A stretch of 64,000 bases of DNA from Bdellovibrionota bacterium (GCA_035539375.1 DATLIP010000099.1:1394-65393); one strand, 5' to 3'. Positions 42,413 to 50,953 are shown, counted from the first letter of the stretch. The notes: generated from the letters alone by a model not told the origin. Program-made: numbers and translations.

Positions 42413-43297
42413 TTAGCGCATGGCGCGCAGAAGCTCTGGAGGATTGGCCACGAGATCAAGCAAGCGATCGCAACGCTCAGAAAGTCTGCGGATACCGCGG
42501 TGCACATGCAGCAGGCGGATTTCGGCGTTCTTTTCGGCGACGAGCTCGCGAAAGCTGCGCTGGTTGGCGGGGGCGGCGAGCGCATCGAGCGCTTCCATGA
42601 TGATGTTATAAGCCCGGTAGAGCCGGAAGTGATGGCGCAACCACTCCTCTTCGTTGGGCGGCACCAGGGCTTTTGCACCTTCAATATGGTAGTTCTCCCG
42701 CAGCCATGAGCGGGCCTCGGCGTAAGTGGCAAACGGCACGTAGGCCTTGCCCAGGCCCAGCACGTTGCCTCGTTGGTCGTCGGGCACGAAATCCACCCAA
42801 TCGTCGATCAGGATGACATTTTCGAGGTCGTCATGCGCTAGGCGCAAATCTTTTTTGCCGCGGCGAAAAAAAACGTCGTCCCAATCGAGCACTGGGGATC
42901 CGTCGGGTTTTTTGAGGTGGTGCTTGGAGAAAACTTCGTGGCCGAGTTCCCTAAAGGTGCGCTCTGGTCCATCTTCGGTGTTGAGCTTGTCTAGCAAGCT
43001 GTGGTTGCGCTCTTCGCTCCCGCCGCTGAAATAAGACTGCGAGGCTACCAGGGGGTGGGCAGCCAGGGCGGGCAAGATCCAGCTCGCTCCCGCAGCGATC
43101 TTGTAGCGCCGGCCGTAAACTTCCACGAGGCCCGGGGTGTCCTCGGGCAAATCGTCGGCGTGGTCCACCAGGGTGCCGTCCAGATCCCAGATCAGATGTA
43201 CGCGCCCTGGGGTTTCGCGCGCGTGCGTGTTGGGAATCAAGAAAAGCCCGCAAATCCCCAAAATTACGAACCTTAAGCGCCGCCGAGTCACGTCCAC
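42413..43297 (-). CDS. Secreted HAD-superfamily phosphatase, NIF/FCP1-like
   Basis: Signal RLRFVILGICGLFLIPNTHA. HAD motif I is WDLDGTLVDH. GKKDLRL...NVILIDDW...P...NVL resembles the NLI-interacting-factor-like phosphatase layout. Confidence 0.45.
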   Translation of the reverse strand: MDVTRRRLRFVILGICGLFLIPNTHARETPGRVHLIWDLDGTLVDHADDLPEDTPGLVEVYGRRYKIAAGASWILPALAAHPLVASQSYFSGGSEERNHSLLDKLNTEDGPERTFRELGHEVFSKHHLKKPDGSPVLDWDDVFFRRGKKDLRLAHDDLENVILIDDWVDFVPDDQRGNVLGLGKAYVPFATYAEARSWLRENYHIEGAKALVPPNEEEWLRHHFRLYRAYNIIMEALDALAAPANQRSFRELVAEKNAEIRLLHVHRGIRRLSERCDRLLDLVANPPELLRAMR

Positions 43298-43339
43298 GCA
43301 GATAGCGAAGGCACGGGCGGATCGTCCAGAAAAAAATCC

Positions 43340-44275
43340 TTAAATGAGTCGTTCCGGACCAATCGGCACGATGCGGTAGGGGTTAATGGAGGGCTGAGAG
43401 TAGTAATAGTGCTGCTTGATGTGGTTGAAATGCGTGCTCTCGCGGAAGGGTTTGCGCTGGTAGAGAGCGTTGAGGTAGCGGTGCAGGTCAGGGTACTCGC
43501 GGATCATCTTGTGGTTGCATTTGAAGTGTCCGTAGTAAACGCTGTCAAAGCGTACGAGCGTGACAAAGAGCCGAACGTCGGCCTCGGTCAAGCGCTCACC
43601 CACAAGATAGCTTTTGCCCTTGAGCCGCTCTTCGATCTTGTCGAGGGCATCAAAAAGGCCCTTCACGTTTTTGTCGTAGGCGGCCTGGGTCTGGGCAAAG
43701 CCCGCCTTGTAGACCCCGTTGTTGATGTTTTCGTAGACAAAGGCGTTCACCTTGTCGATTTCCTGGCGCAGCTCTACAGGGTAGTAGTCGTCGCGATTGC
43801 CCGTAAGCTCGTCGAAGGCCGAATTGAAAATTCTCACAATCTCCGACGACTCGTTGTTGACGATGGTCTTGAGTTTGGTGTCAAAAAGCACCGGTACGGT
43901 AACCTTCCCCGTGTAGGTGGGGCTCGCTTCGGTATAGATCTGGTAGAGATAGTTCTTACCCATTAGGTTATCTGCCGTCACGCCGGCGAAGTCCGCCAAG
44001 AAACTCCACCCGTGGTCTCCGAGATTCGGTGAGACCAGCGAAAGCGAGACGACCTCTTCGAGTTGCTTCAGCTTGCGCATGATCAAAGTGCGCGTGGCCC
44101 AGGGGCAAGCGTACGACACGTAAAGGTGGTAGCGACCAGATTCGGGTTTGTGTACGGAATTTTTGTTGTCGATGGTTTCGCGAAAGCTCGATTCGTGTCG
44201 AAGGAATTCACCGTTCGAGGCCGCTTTGGGCACGACGTCCCCCACCATCCATTTGCCGTGTTCTAGATATCCCAT
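43340..44275 (-). CDS. yqjG: Glutathionyl-hydroquinone reductase (Xi-class GST, YqjG/ECM4 family)
   Basis: GRYHLYVSYACPWATRTLIMRKLK, VTVPVLFD, NNESSEI, NNGVYKAGFA, TEADVRLFVTLVRFD and HFKCN align block for block with E. coli YqjG. Confidence 0.93.
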   Translation of the reverse strand: MGYLEHGKWMVGDVVPKAASNGEFLRHESSFRETIDNKNSVHKPESGRYHLYVSYACPWATRTLIMRKLKQLEEVVSLSLVSPNLGDHGWSFLADFAGVTADNLMGKNYLYQIYTEASPTYTGKVTVPVLFDTKLKTIVNNESSEIVRIFNSAFDELTGNRDDYYPVELRQEIDKVNAFVYENINNGVYKAGFAQTQAAYDKNVKGLFDALDKIEERLKGKSYLVGERLTEADVRLFVTLVRFDSVYYGHFKCNHKMIREYPDLHRYLNALYQRKPFRESTHFNHIKQHYYYSQPSINPYRIVPIGPERLI

Positions 44276-44469
44276 GGGCTCAACTCTAGCGGGCCTCTTC
44301 GCAACGGCTCAAGCGAAGTTCTCTTTATAAAGATCTCTTATTAAGACCGCCGAAGTTTCCGCCTCGAAGCTTCTGGATTCAACAAGTTTTCTTATTGAGA
44401 CCTTTATCCATCCCGCAACATGTCGTCTTTACAATGAACGTGGTTCGTAACCTTAAAAAAGGAGCAGGT

Positions 44470-45429
44470 ATGGGAGAGATGATCAAAACCACCGGAAAAA
44501 TATTCGGCAGCGTTCTCAATCACAACAATTACTTTAGAACGAGTGAAGGTGTGACACTTTACTTCGAAGATTGGGGTCAAGGCAAACCCATCGTGCTCAT
44601 CCACGGCTGGCCGCTGAACTGTGATATGTGGGAATACCAAGCTTCGGGTCTCGTCGAACAGGGCTTTCGTGTGATCAAGTACGATCGTCGTGGATTCGGG
44701 CGCTCGTCCAAACCCTTCCAGGATTATCATTTCGATCAACTCGCTACGGACCTGCACGAGCTGATCGTTCACCTCAACTTGAGCGATATCACGCTCGTGG
44801 GTTTCTCAATGGGGGGCGGCGAGATTGCGCGTTACCTCAAAAAGTACGGCCATGCACGCGTGGAGAAAGCCGTGCTCGTCTCCTCGGTCGTTCCCTACTT
44901 GCTCAAGACCTACGACAATGCGGAGGGTGTGGACGAGAGCGTTTTTGAAAAGATCCAAGCCTCGCTCAAAGACGACCGCCAACACTTCGTACGAAACTTC
45001 ACCAAGGATTTTTACGGAGTGGGGCTGCTGACCTCTCCAGTCTCCGAAGAAATCATGCATTGGACCTTCGGCATGGCCATGCAAGCCTCGCCCAAAGCCA
45101 CTTACGAGTGTGTAAGTTCCTATGCCCTGACGGATTTTCGTGAAGACCTCAGCGCCTTCACCATGCCGACGCTCGTGATTCACGGCACCGAAGACAAAAC
45201 CGTTCCGATGGAAGCCACGGGCTTGCAGGCTGCGATGGCGATTCCGGGAGCCTCGCTCAAAAAATACGAAGGTGCTCCACACGGCCTTTTCATCACGCAT
45301 AAGGACGAGTTGCTCGAGGACATCGCTGCGTTTGTGAGTTCGCAGCGTCATCTCGATCACCTCAGTCCCCATCGCATCGAAGAACCCCGGTCACGTCCCC
45401 TTCGACCCGAAATCAATCCGGGACTTTGA
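44470..45429 (+). CDS. Alpha/beta hydrolase, non-heme chloroperoxidase/arylesterase-like
   Basis: LYFEDWGQGKPIVLIHGWPL, nucleophile elbow GFSMGGGE, HGTEDKTVP and PHGL are present. SD AAGGAG precedes ATG 44470. There is a ~45-aa C-terminal extension. Confidence 0.88.
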   Translation: MGEMIKTTGKIFGSVLNHNNYFRTSEGVTLYFEDWGQGKPIVLIHGWPLNCDMWEYQASGLVEQGFRVIKYDRRGFGRSSKPFQDYHFDQLATDLHELIVHLNLSDITLVGFSMGGGEIARYLKKYGHARVEKAVLVSSVVPYLLKTYDNAEGVDESVFEKIQASLKDDRQHFVRNFTKDFYGVGLLTSPVSEEIMHWTFGMAMQASPKATYECVSSYALTDFREDLSAFTMPTLVIHGTEDKTVPMEATGLQAAMAIPGASLKKYEGAPHGLFITHKDELLEDIAAFVSSQRHLDHLSPHRIEEPRSRPLRPEINPGL

Positions 45430-45432
45430 GCG

Positions 45433-46161
45433 ATGGTCAAAAGTTTTGGCGACGAGCCTCCGCTCTGTATGGTGAGCGGAGGCTCGGGGCTCATTGGCAT
45501 CGCTGTGTGCAAATTGTTTCTTAAGGAAGGCTACCGAGTGGTCTGCGTCGATCGGGCGGGGCCCGCCAAGGGAAGCTTTTCACCGGGGGATCCCTTTGAT
45601 TTTGTCAAATGCGACGTTCGCAAACCTCCGCAGATCGCCGCCGCTGTCAAACGCTGTGCGCGGCTGGACGTTTTGATCAATTTGGTGGGCATCTCGGATC
45701 CCAACGCGGGCCCTCTCGAGCGCCTCTCTCTGGAAACCTGGAACGAATATCTGCAGACCAATCTCACGAGCTACTTTTTGTTTATGAAGCACGCGAGCCC
45801 CAAGCTCAAAGCGGCTCGGGGCAGCATCGTCAACGTCAGTTCTACCCGTGCCATCATGTCGGAACCCGATTGCGAGGCCTATGCGGCCACCAAGGGCGGC
45901 ATCGTCGGTCTCAGCCATGCGGCAGCCATCAGTCTCGGGCCTGAGGTCAAGGTGAATTGCATCAGCCCCGGGTGGATCGGCGACCCGCAAAAAAAATACA
46001 AAGCCGCAGAAAGCGCCCAGCATCCCGCCGGTAGGGTGGGCCGCCCTGAGGACATCGCCGAGCTCTGCATCTTTCTTGCCTCTGCCACCAAGAGCGGCTT
46101 CATCCGTGGTCAGAACATTGTTTGCGACGGCGGCATGATCAGGAAGATGATTTATATTTGA
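45433..46161 (+). CDS. SDR family oxidoreductase
   Basis: VSGGSGLIGIAV (TGxxxGxG-like), NLVG, the SSTRA...YAATKGG catalytic tetrad region, and PGWI. Confidence 0.85.
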   Translation: MVKSFGDEPPLCMVSGGSGLIGIAVCKLFLKEGYRVVCVDRAGPAKGSFSPGDPFDFVKCDVRKPPQIAAAVKRCARLDVLINLVGISDPNAGPLERLSLETWNEYLQTNLTSYFLFMKHASPKLKAARGSIVNVSSTRAIMSEPDCEAYAATKGGIVGLSHAAAISLGPEVKVNCISPGWIGDPQKKYKAAESAQHPAGRVGRPEDIAELCIFLASATKSGFIRGQNIVCDGGMIRKMIYI

Positions 46162-46245
46162 TGCGCTCAGTCCTAGTGCGATCGTTTTGAGAGTCTTGCT
46201 TAGCCTCTCTAGTCTTCAAAATCCCAAGCCATTATACTGAGGAGC

Positions 46246-47499
46246 GTGGACACTCCTCAGAAAAAACCTCGCAGCGCCAGCATCGCCTTCATCTTCGTCA
46301 CCCTGGCCATTGATGCCATCGGTCTTGGTATCATTCTTCCCGTCTTGCCCGATGTGGTTCGCAAATTTGTGGCCCATGAAGCTTCGGTCGCCCAAATCTA
46401 CGGATACTTCATTGCGGTTTACGCCCTCTTGCAATTCGTCAGCTCTCCGCTGCTCGGTCGACTCTCCGATCGCTATGGTCGCCGGCCGATTCTGCTGCTC
46501 TCGCTTTTTGGGGCTGGCATCGACTATATCTTCATGGCCTTCGCGCCTACGCTTCCACTGCTCTTCGTGGGTCGCGTCATCGCCGGCATCAGTGGAGCGA
46601 GCTTTACCGTAGCGTCGGCTTATATCGCCGACATCAGCGACGACAGCAACCGCTCTAAAAACTTCGGAGTGCTTGGTGCAGGCTTCGGCATTGGCTTCAT
46701 TTTAGGGCCGGCCATTGGAGGAGTGCTCGCCACGCACGGTGCGATGATGCCCTTTCTTGCTGCCGCCGCCTTCAACCTTTTGAACTTTGCCTTTGGCTAT
46801 TTTGTGTTGCCCGAGTCGCTGAACGCTGAGCGCCGCCGCAATTTCACACTGCGCGATTTGAATCCGCTCAAATCTCTGGCTGCCCTGGCCCGGATGCCTG
46901 CTGTCAACGGCCTCATTTTCGCCTATGTGTTGATGCAGCTTGCCGGCCACACGCACCCTTCGATCTGGACGCTCTATACGGAGCATCGCTACGGTTGGAG
47001 CGCGGCTCAGGTGGGCATCTCCTTTGCGGTGGTGGGAATTCTTTCGGCCCTTTCGCAGGGTGTTTTGACGGGCCCCCTGGTGGCTCGTTTCGGCGAACGC
47101 AGAGTGATCCGCTGGGGTAGCTTCGGCGAATTTGTGAGTTTCACACTCTTTGGTCTCGCCGCTACCGGTACGATGCTCTACGTGGTCCTCGTGGGATCCG
47201 CGATTTTCTGGGCGGCACATCCGGCGTTGCAGGCGCTGATCAGCAAACAGATCCCTCCCAACGAGCAGGGGGAGCTTCAGGGCGCACTGATGAGTCTCAC
47301 GAGCCTCACGGCCATTGTGAATCCTCTCATCATGACAGCGCTCTTTGCTGCGACTTCAGATCGCAGCAAAGACGTCTACTTTCCAGGCTCGCCCTACGTG
47401 GTGGCCGCACTTTTGTTTTTTTGCGCGTGGCTTTCTATTCGGCGATGGAATCGCCGTCATGGGGAATCTAGCGAAATGCAGCCGAGCGTGACGACTTAG
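46246..47499 (+). CDS. MFS transporter, TCR/Tet (DHA1) family
   Basis: 12 TM. PVLP, motif A LGRLSDRYGRRPILL and ISGASF are typical of TetA-like efflux pumps. GTG start as in the ORF track. Confidence 0.85.
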   Translation: MDTPQKKPRSASIAFIFVTLAIDAIGLGIILPVLPDVVRKFVAHEASVAQIYGYFIAVYALLQFVSSPLLGRLSDRYGRRPILLLSLFGAGIDYIFMAFAPTLPLLFVGRVIAGISGASFTVASAYIADISDDSNRSKNFGVLGAGFGIGFILGPAIGGVLATHGAMMPFLAAAAFNLLNFAFGYFVLPESLNAERRRNFTLRDLNPLKSLAALARMPAVNGLIFAYVLMQLAGHTHPSIWTLYTEHRYGWSAAQVGISFAVVGILSALSQGVLTGPLVARFGERRVIRWGSFGEFVSFTLFGLAATGTMLYVVLVGSAIFWAAHPALQALISKQIPPNEQGELQGALMSLTSLTAIVNPLIMTALFAATSDRSKDVYFPGSPYVVAALLFFCAWLSIRRWNRRHGESSEMQPSVTT

Positions 47500-47558
47500 G
47501 CATTATTCAGAAGGGTTTAAGGCCACCCCAAGCCGTCCGCTCGACTGTAGAAGTGGGG

Positions 47559-48092
47559 CTAAGCTCTAGCCCCACCTTGATGAGATTTGCTATGGCTAGG
47601 CACCATGAGGGCGTCGCGGTTTACTGAACTCAGTGCAATGTCATTGAGCGCCGTGTCGGCAGACCTTTCTTCTTCAAGAGTTTCCGTCAGCACATCCACG
47701 TCTTCCACAAAGCCCAACATCTCGGCGTAGCAGCGTGCGGTACCGTAGCCCGCCATTTCGTAATGCTCTACGCGTTGAGCGCTGGCGATGATGGCGGCGT
47801 CCTTGACCTCAGGTGAGGCTTTCCATTCGGAAATTTCTTTTTCGCCTTCAGCGATGAGTCCTTGCATGGCTTTGCAAGATTCCCGCTCCGCTTTCATGCC
47901 ATGAGTTTCAAAAATGGATTTGAGGCGGGTGACATGACCCTTGGTTTCTTCGAGGTGTTTGTTGAGGCCTCGTTGCAACTCCTTTGACGAAGCGGCATCC
48001 ATCATTTTGGGAAGGGCTTCTACAAGTCGGTATTCGGCGTCGTATAGGTCTTTAAGTTGTTCAAAGTAGAGGTCTTTTAATGAGGTGGTCAT
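47559..48092 (-). CDS. Ferritin-like DUF892 (YciE/YciF family) protein
   Basis: LYFEQLKDLYDAEYRLVEALPKM...HLEETKGHVTRL...AQRVEHYEMAGYGT is canonical DUF892. SD AAGGAG. Confidence 0.88.
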   Translation of the reverse strand: MTTSLKDLYFEQLKDLYDAEYRLVEALPKMMDAASSKELQRGLNKHLEETKGHVTRLKSIFETHGMKAERESCKAMQGLIAEGEKEISEWKASPEVKDAAIIASAQRVEHYEMAGYGTARCYAEMLGFVEDVDVLTETLEEERSADTALNDIALSSVNRDALMVPSHSKSHQGGARA

Positions 48093-48166
48093 GGGGATGG
48101 GTCTCCTTTTTGGCTGTTTTTATGACGCGAGTCTGAGCCTCGCGTTGGCATCGCCTCAGACCTAGT

Positions 48167-48182
48167 TGCAAAGGAAATGCCA
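48167..48182 (-). promoter_or_regulatory. Sigma-54 (-24/-12) promoter driving the DUF892 gene
   Basis: The minus strand reads TGGCATTTCCTTTGCA. GG and GC are separated by exactly 10 nt, as in the consensus TGGCAC-N5-TTGCA. It lies about 75 nt upstream of ATG 48092 and next to a divergent sigma-54 activator gene. Confidence 0.8.
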
Positions 48183-48361
48183 AGACTGAGAACGCCTGAG
48201 AGACTCCTCTATGGCATCTAGAAGCTTGTGGGGATGAGAACTCGCCCCAAAAAAGACCAAAGCCTCTGCAAAACGCCTCACCAAAATTTGTTGAGATGGT
48301 GTCAGGAAAACTTAACCCATACGTGCTTGATGCCCCACGAGGTTAGATTAAAAATAGCCCC

Positions 48362-49378
48362 ATGATGAAGCATGAAAATTTGAGAAAGATCATTGGTAAT
48401 TCCCCGTCCATGCAAGATCTCTTTCAGACCATGGCAAAAGTGGCTCCCTCTTCTGCCAACGTTTTGATTCAGGGTGAAAGTGGTACAGGAAAAGAGCTTG
48501 TTGCACGCGCGATTCACGATATGAGTGATCGGTGTGACAAACCTTTCCGGGCCATCAATTGCGCCTCCATCCCGAGCGATTTGCTTGAATCAGAACTTTT
48601 TGGTCACCGAAAGGGCGCTTTCACCGGGGCAAGTGTTCAACACCAGGGGCTCTTCGAAGCCTCTACTGGCGGCACCATTTTCTTAGATGAAATTGGCGAT
48701 ATGCCTATACTCCTGCAGTCCAAGCTTTTGCGTGTGCTGCAAGAATCGAAAGTCAGGCCCGTGGGGTCCAACGACGAAATTCAAGTCGACGTACGCATTG
48801 TGGCCGCTACCCACCAAAACCTCGGTGATCTCGTGCGGAAAAAGAAATTTCGCGAAGATCTCTACTTCCGCCTTAATGTGATCCCCCTAGTCATTCCGCC
48901 TCTGCGTATGCGCGAAGAGGATATGCAGGTGCTTACCGAACACTTTTTAGAAAAGTTTTCACATCTACACATGAAGTCGGTGACTCAAGTCAGTCCCGAC
49001 GTCATCGAAGCCTTTAAAAAGTACGGTTGGCCAGGCAACGTGCGTGAGCTTGAGAACTCCATCGAACGCGCGGTGCTGCTCACCGAGCGCAACGAACTTC
49101 GCATGGAAGATTTTGGTTGGCTCTCGGCCAAACTCAGCATGCCGGGTGAGAACTTTGCCTTGCCGGTCATTGAGAATGGCGTCTTTAAAATCCCTCTGAG
49201 CGTTTCGCTCAAAGAGCTCGAAGGACGTTATATCAAAGCCTATTGTCAGGCACATCCGAACATGACTCAAGAAGACGTGGCCACCGGACTCGGCATCAAC
49301 CGCAAAACTTTGTACCGAAAGTTCCAGGCCGAAAAACGCGCGGCCGCCGCCAAGGCAGCAACCTCGCTACCCACTTAG
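48362..49378 (+). CDS. Sigma-54-dependent transcriptional activator lacking any N-terminal sensory/receiver domain (AAA+ + Fis-type HTH only)
   Basis: The AAA+ domain starts within about 10 aa of the N-terminus (IGNSPSMQDLF...). Walker A GESGTGKE, GAFTGA loop (RKGAFTGA), Walker B FLDEI and a C-terminal HTH (QEDVATGLGINRKTLYRK) are present. Confidence 0.9.
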   Translation: MMKHENLRKIIGNSPSMQDLFQTMAKVAPSSANVLIQGESGTGKELVARAIHDMSDRCDKPFRAINCASIPSDLLESELFGHRKGAFTGASVQHQGLFEASTGGTIFLDEIGDMPILLQSKLLRVLQESKVRPVGSNDEIQVDVRIVAATHQNLGDLVRKKKFREDLYFRLNVIPLVIPPLRMREEDMQVLTEHFLEKFSHLHMKSVTQVSPDVIEAFKKYGWPGNVRELENSIERAVLLTERNELRMEDFGWLSAKLSMPGENFALPVIENGVFKIPLSVSLKELEGRYIKAYCQAHPNMTQEDVATGLGINRKTLYRKFQAEKRAAAAKAATSLPT

Positions 49379-49393
49379 AATCTATCCTTCTCT

Positions 49394-49450
49394 AGAGCCT
49401 CGTTAACGAAATCCAAGTTCGGATTTGGTTAACGAGGCTCTGATCTTTTT
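49394..49450 (+). terminator. Rho-independent terminator after the activator gene
   Basis: The 21-bp stem agagcctcgttaacgaaatcc / ggatttggttaacgaggctct has one mismatch. The loop is aagttc. It is followed by gatcttttt. Confidence 0.75.
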
Positions 49451-49563
49451 AAACCCCAGAATGACTATGGCTAGAGGACTCACGGTGAGTCTTTTTGTCG
49501 CGACTTTTGCTGCCTTCGGCCCCCGCAGCTTTGTGGAAGTGTCAAATTCGATCAGGGGGCCTC

Positions 49564-49579
49564 TGGCATCTCTCTTGCA
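49564..49579 (+). promoter_or_regulatory. Sigma-54 (-24/-12) promoter driving the DUF2383-like gene
   Basis: TGGCATCTCTCTTGCA has canonical GG-N10-GC spacing and is nearly identical to the promoter at 48167-48182. It lies 59 nt upstream of ATG 49638. Confidence 0.8.
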
Positions 49580-49637
49580 ACTTCTTTGTGTAAAATTGTG
49601 GGCTCGCCATGCGAGTCATCAAAACAAAGGAGAAAGC

Positions 49638-50123
49638 ATGAATACCGGAAACTACAACACCAATCGAGAATTCAACCGAGATCTCAATCCCGAAGCCACC
49701 GCGGACAAGCTCAACGAGCTTATCCGGGGCGAACGTTCGGCAGTGGAAACCTATCAACAAGCCTTTGCGAAGGTCGGCAACGACCCGCGTGTGCAGGATT
49801 TGCGTCCCCTCTTTGCCGATCACGAGCAAGCCGTTCGTTTGCTGACCGACAAAGTTCAAGCCTGCGGTGCCAAGCCGTCTGTGGATAGCGGTGCCTGGGG
49901 AACATGGGCGGAAACCGTGATGGGCACAGCAAAATTCTTCGGAGATCGTGCGGCTCTCGGTGCGCTTAAGCAAGGTGAGGAGCATGGCATCAAGCAATAC
50001 GAAGACGCTCTGCAGAGTGAGACTCTCGACGCCTCCGCTCGCAGCATCATTCAAAATCAGCTACTGCCTCAGCAGCGCGCTCACGTGGTGGCGCTCGACC
50101 GTATCATCAGCACTTTAAACTAA
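49638..50123 (+). CDS. Ferritin-like four-helix-bundle protein, DUF2383/PA2169-like
   Basis: KLNELIRGERSAVETYQQAF...LFADHEQAV...GAWGTW...ALKQGEEHGIKQYEDAL fits the PA2169-family pattern. SD AAAGGAG precedes ATG 49638. The upstream part of ORF 49425-50123 was discarded. Confidence 0.65.
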   Translation: MNTGNYNTNREFNRDLNPEATADKLNELIRGERSAVETYQQAFAKVGNDPRVQDLRPLFADHEQAVRLLTDKVQACGAKPSVDSGAWGTWAETVMGTAKFFGDRAALGALKQGEEHGIKQYEDALQSETLDASARSIIQNQLLPQQRAHVVALDRIISTLN

Positions 50124-50152
50124 GTTCATTTAACCCGTTCATCGTTACACGG

Positions 50153-50193
50153 AGACCCCCCGGAACCTCTCTTGGTTTTGGGGGTCTTTCTTT
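50153..50193 (+). terminator. Putative terminator after the DUF2383-like gene
   Basis: The stem agaccccc / gggggtct has 8 bp and a long 19-nt loop. It is followed by ttcttt. Confidence 0.45.
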
Positions 50194-50485
50194 AAAAAAG
50201 GGGAGGGGAGATCCCCGAATTCAAGTTTTCATAAGGAAATGAGGCCTTTGCCCCTAGTTCCTAGGGCCGGGGCTTCAAGTTGTTAAGAAAGCATGACTGG
50301 ATATCAAGGGCGAAAGTACTTTAAGTTCCTATCGTTTGGCAGAACGAGTATTGGGGCTTGTTCAGTAGTTCTCGACATTGGGATCGAAAATCGCGTATCA
50401 TGCCTCCACGTCTCCTTTCCGGCACGTGTTAACGGTGTTTGAAGATTGTAAAAAGCCCAAGAATCCAGGAGGATTCATAACTGAT

Positions 50486-50872
50486 ATGACTAGCGCTTCC
50501 GGCAAAACTATTCTCGTGATTGAAGATCATCCTGACACTTTGATGTTCATGTCTTTGGCCCTCGAAAAAGAGGGATTTTCCGTGATCGAAGCCACCAACG
50601 GCAACGACGCTCTTAGTCGCATCCAAGGCGGTGAAACCCCCGACCTCGTGCTCGTGGATTTCTGCATGCCAGGCTGTAATGGCAAAGAGTTTATCGAAAG
50701 GTTCCGCAACCAGCCGGGCTTTGAGAAGACTCCTGTTTATTTCACTTCGGGTTGGGGAGACCTCGACGAAGTGACCCGCGACTGTGGCGCTCAAGGCTAC
50801 ATTGAAAAGCCTGTGGATTTGGACAAGCTCATCAACAAAGTGGGTGAAGTCTTGGCCCCCAACGCCAACTGA
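50486..50872 (+). CDS. Stand-alone response-regulator receiver domain protein
   Basis: TILVIEDHPDT...PDLVLVDFCMPGCNG...YFTSGW...GYIEKP has the acidic pair, phospho-Asp, T/S and K positions. SD AGGAGG precedes ATG 50486. Confidence 0.88.
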   Translation: MTSASGKTILVIEDHPDTLMFMSLALEKEGFSVIEATNGNDALSRIQGGETPDLVLVDFCMPGCNGKEFIERFRNQPGFEKTPVYFTSGWGDLDEVTRDCGAQGYIEKPVDLDKLINKVGEVLAPNAN

Positions 50873-50898
50873 AATTCTGAATACTGATTTATAAAAAA

Positions 50899-50932
50899 GC
50901 CTCCGGATTCTCGCGAATCCGGAGGCTTTTTT
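50899..50932. terminator. Bidirectional rho-independent terminator between convergent genes
   Basis: aaaaaa-gcctccggattc-tcgc-gaatccggaggc-tttttt: a 12-bp GC-rich stem flanked by an A-tract and a T-tract. Confidence 0.9.
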
Positions 50933-50953
50933 GTGCCTTTTCGTTTGTCTGTA

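Noticed and set aside
47553-47575. Hairpin gtggggcta-agctc-tagccccac as a terminator between the MFS and DUF892 genes. A similar small hairpin lies at 13935-13950.
   Set aside because: Both overlap the last codons and stop of the minus-strand genes and lack a T-tract. They are plausible but too weak to annotate as terminators.
48146-48170. Plus-strand TGGCA...TTGCA pair that looks like a sigma-54 promoter.
   Set aside because: The two elements are separated by 15 nt instead of about 6, so the GG-N10-GC rule is violated. The real promoter is on the minus strand and uses the same TTGCA region.
48212-48227. TGGCATCTAGAAGCTT upstream of the activator gene as an autoregulatory sigma-54 promoter.
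   Set aside because: The GG to GC spacing is 9 nt, one short, and the -12 region is AGCT rather than TTGC.
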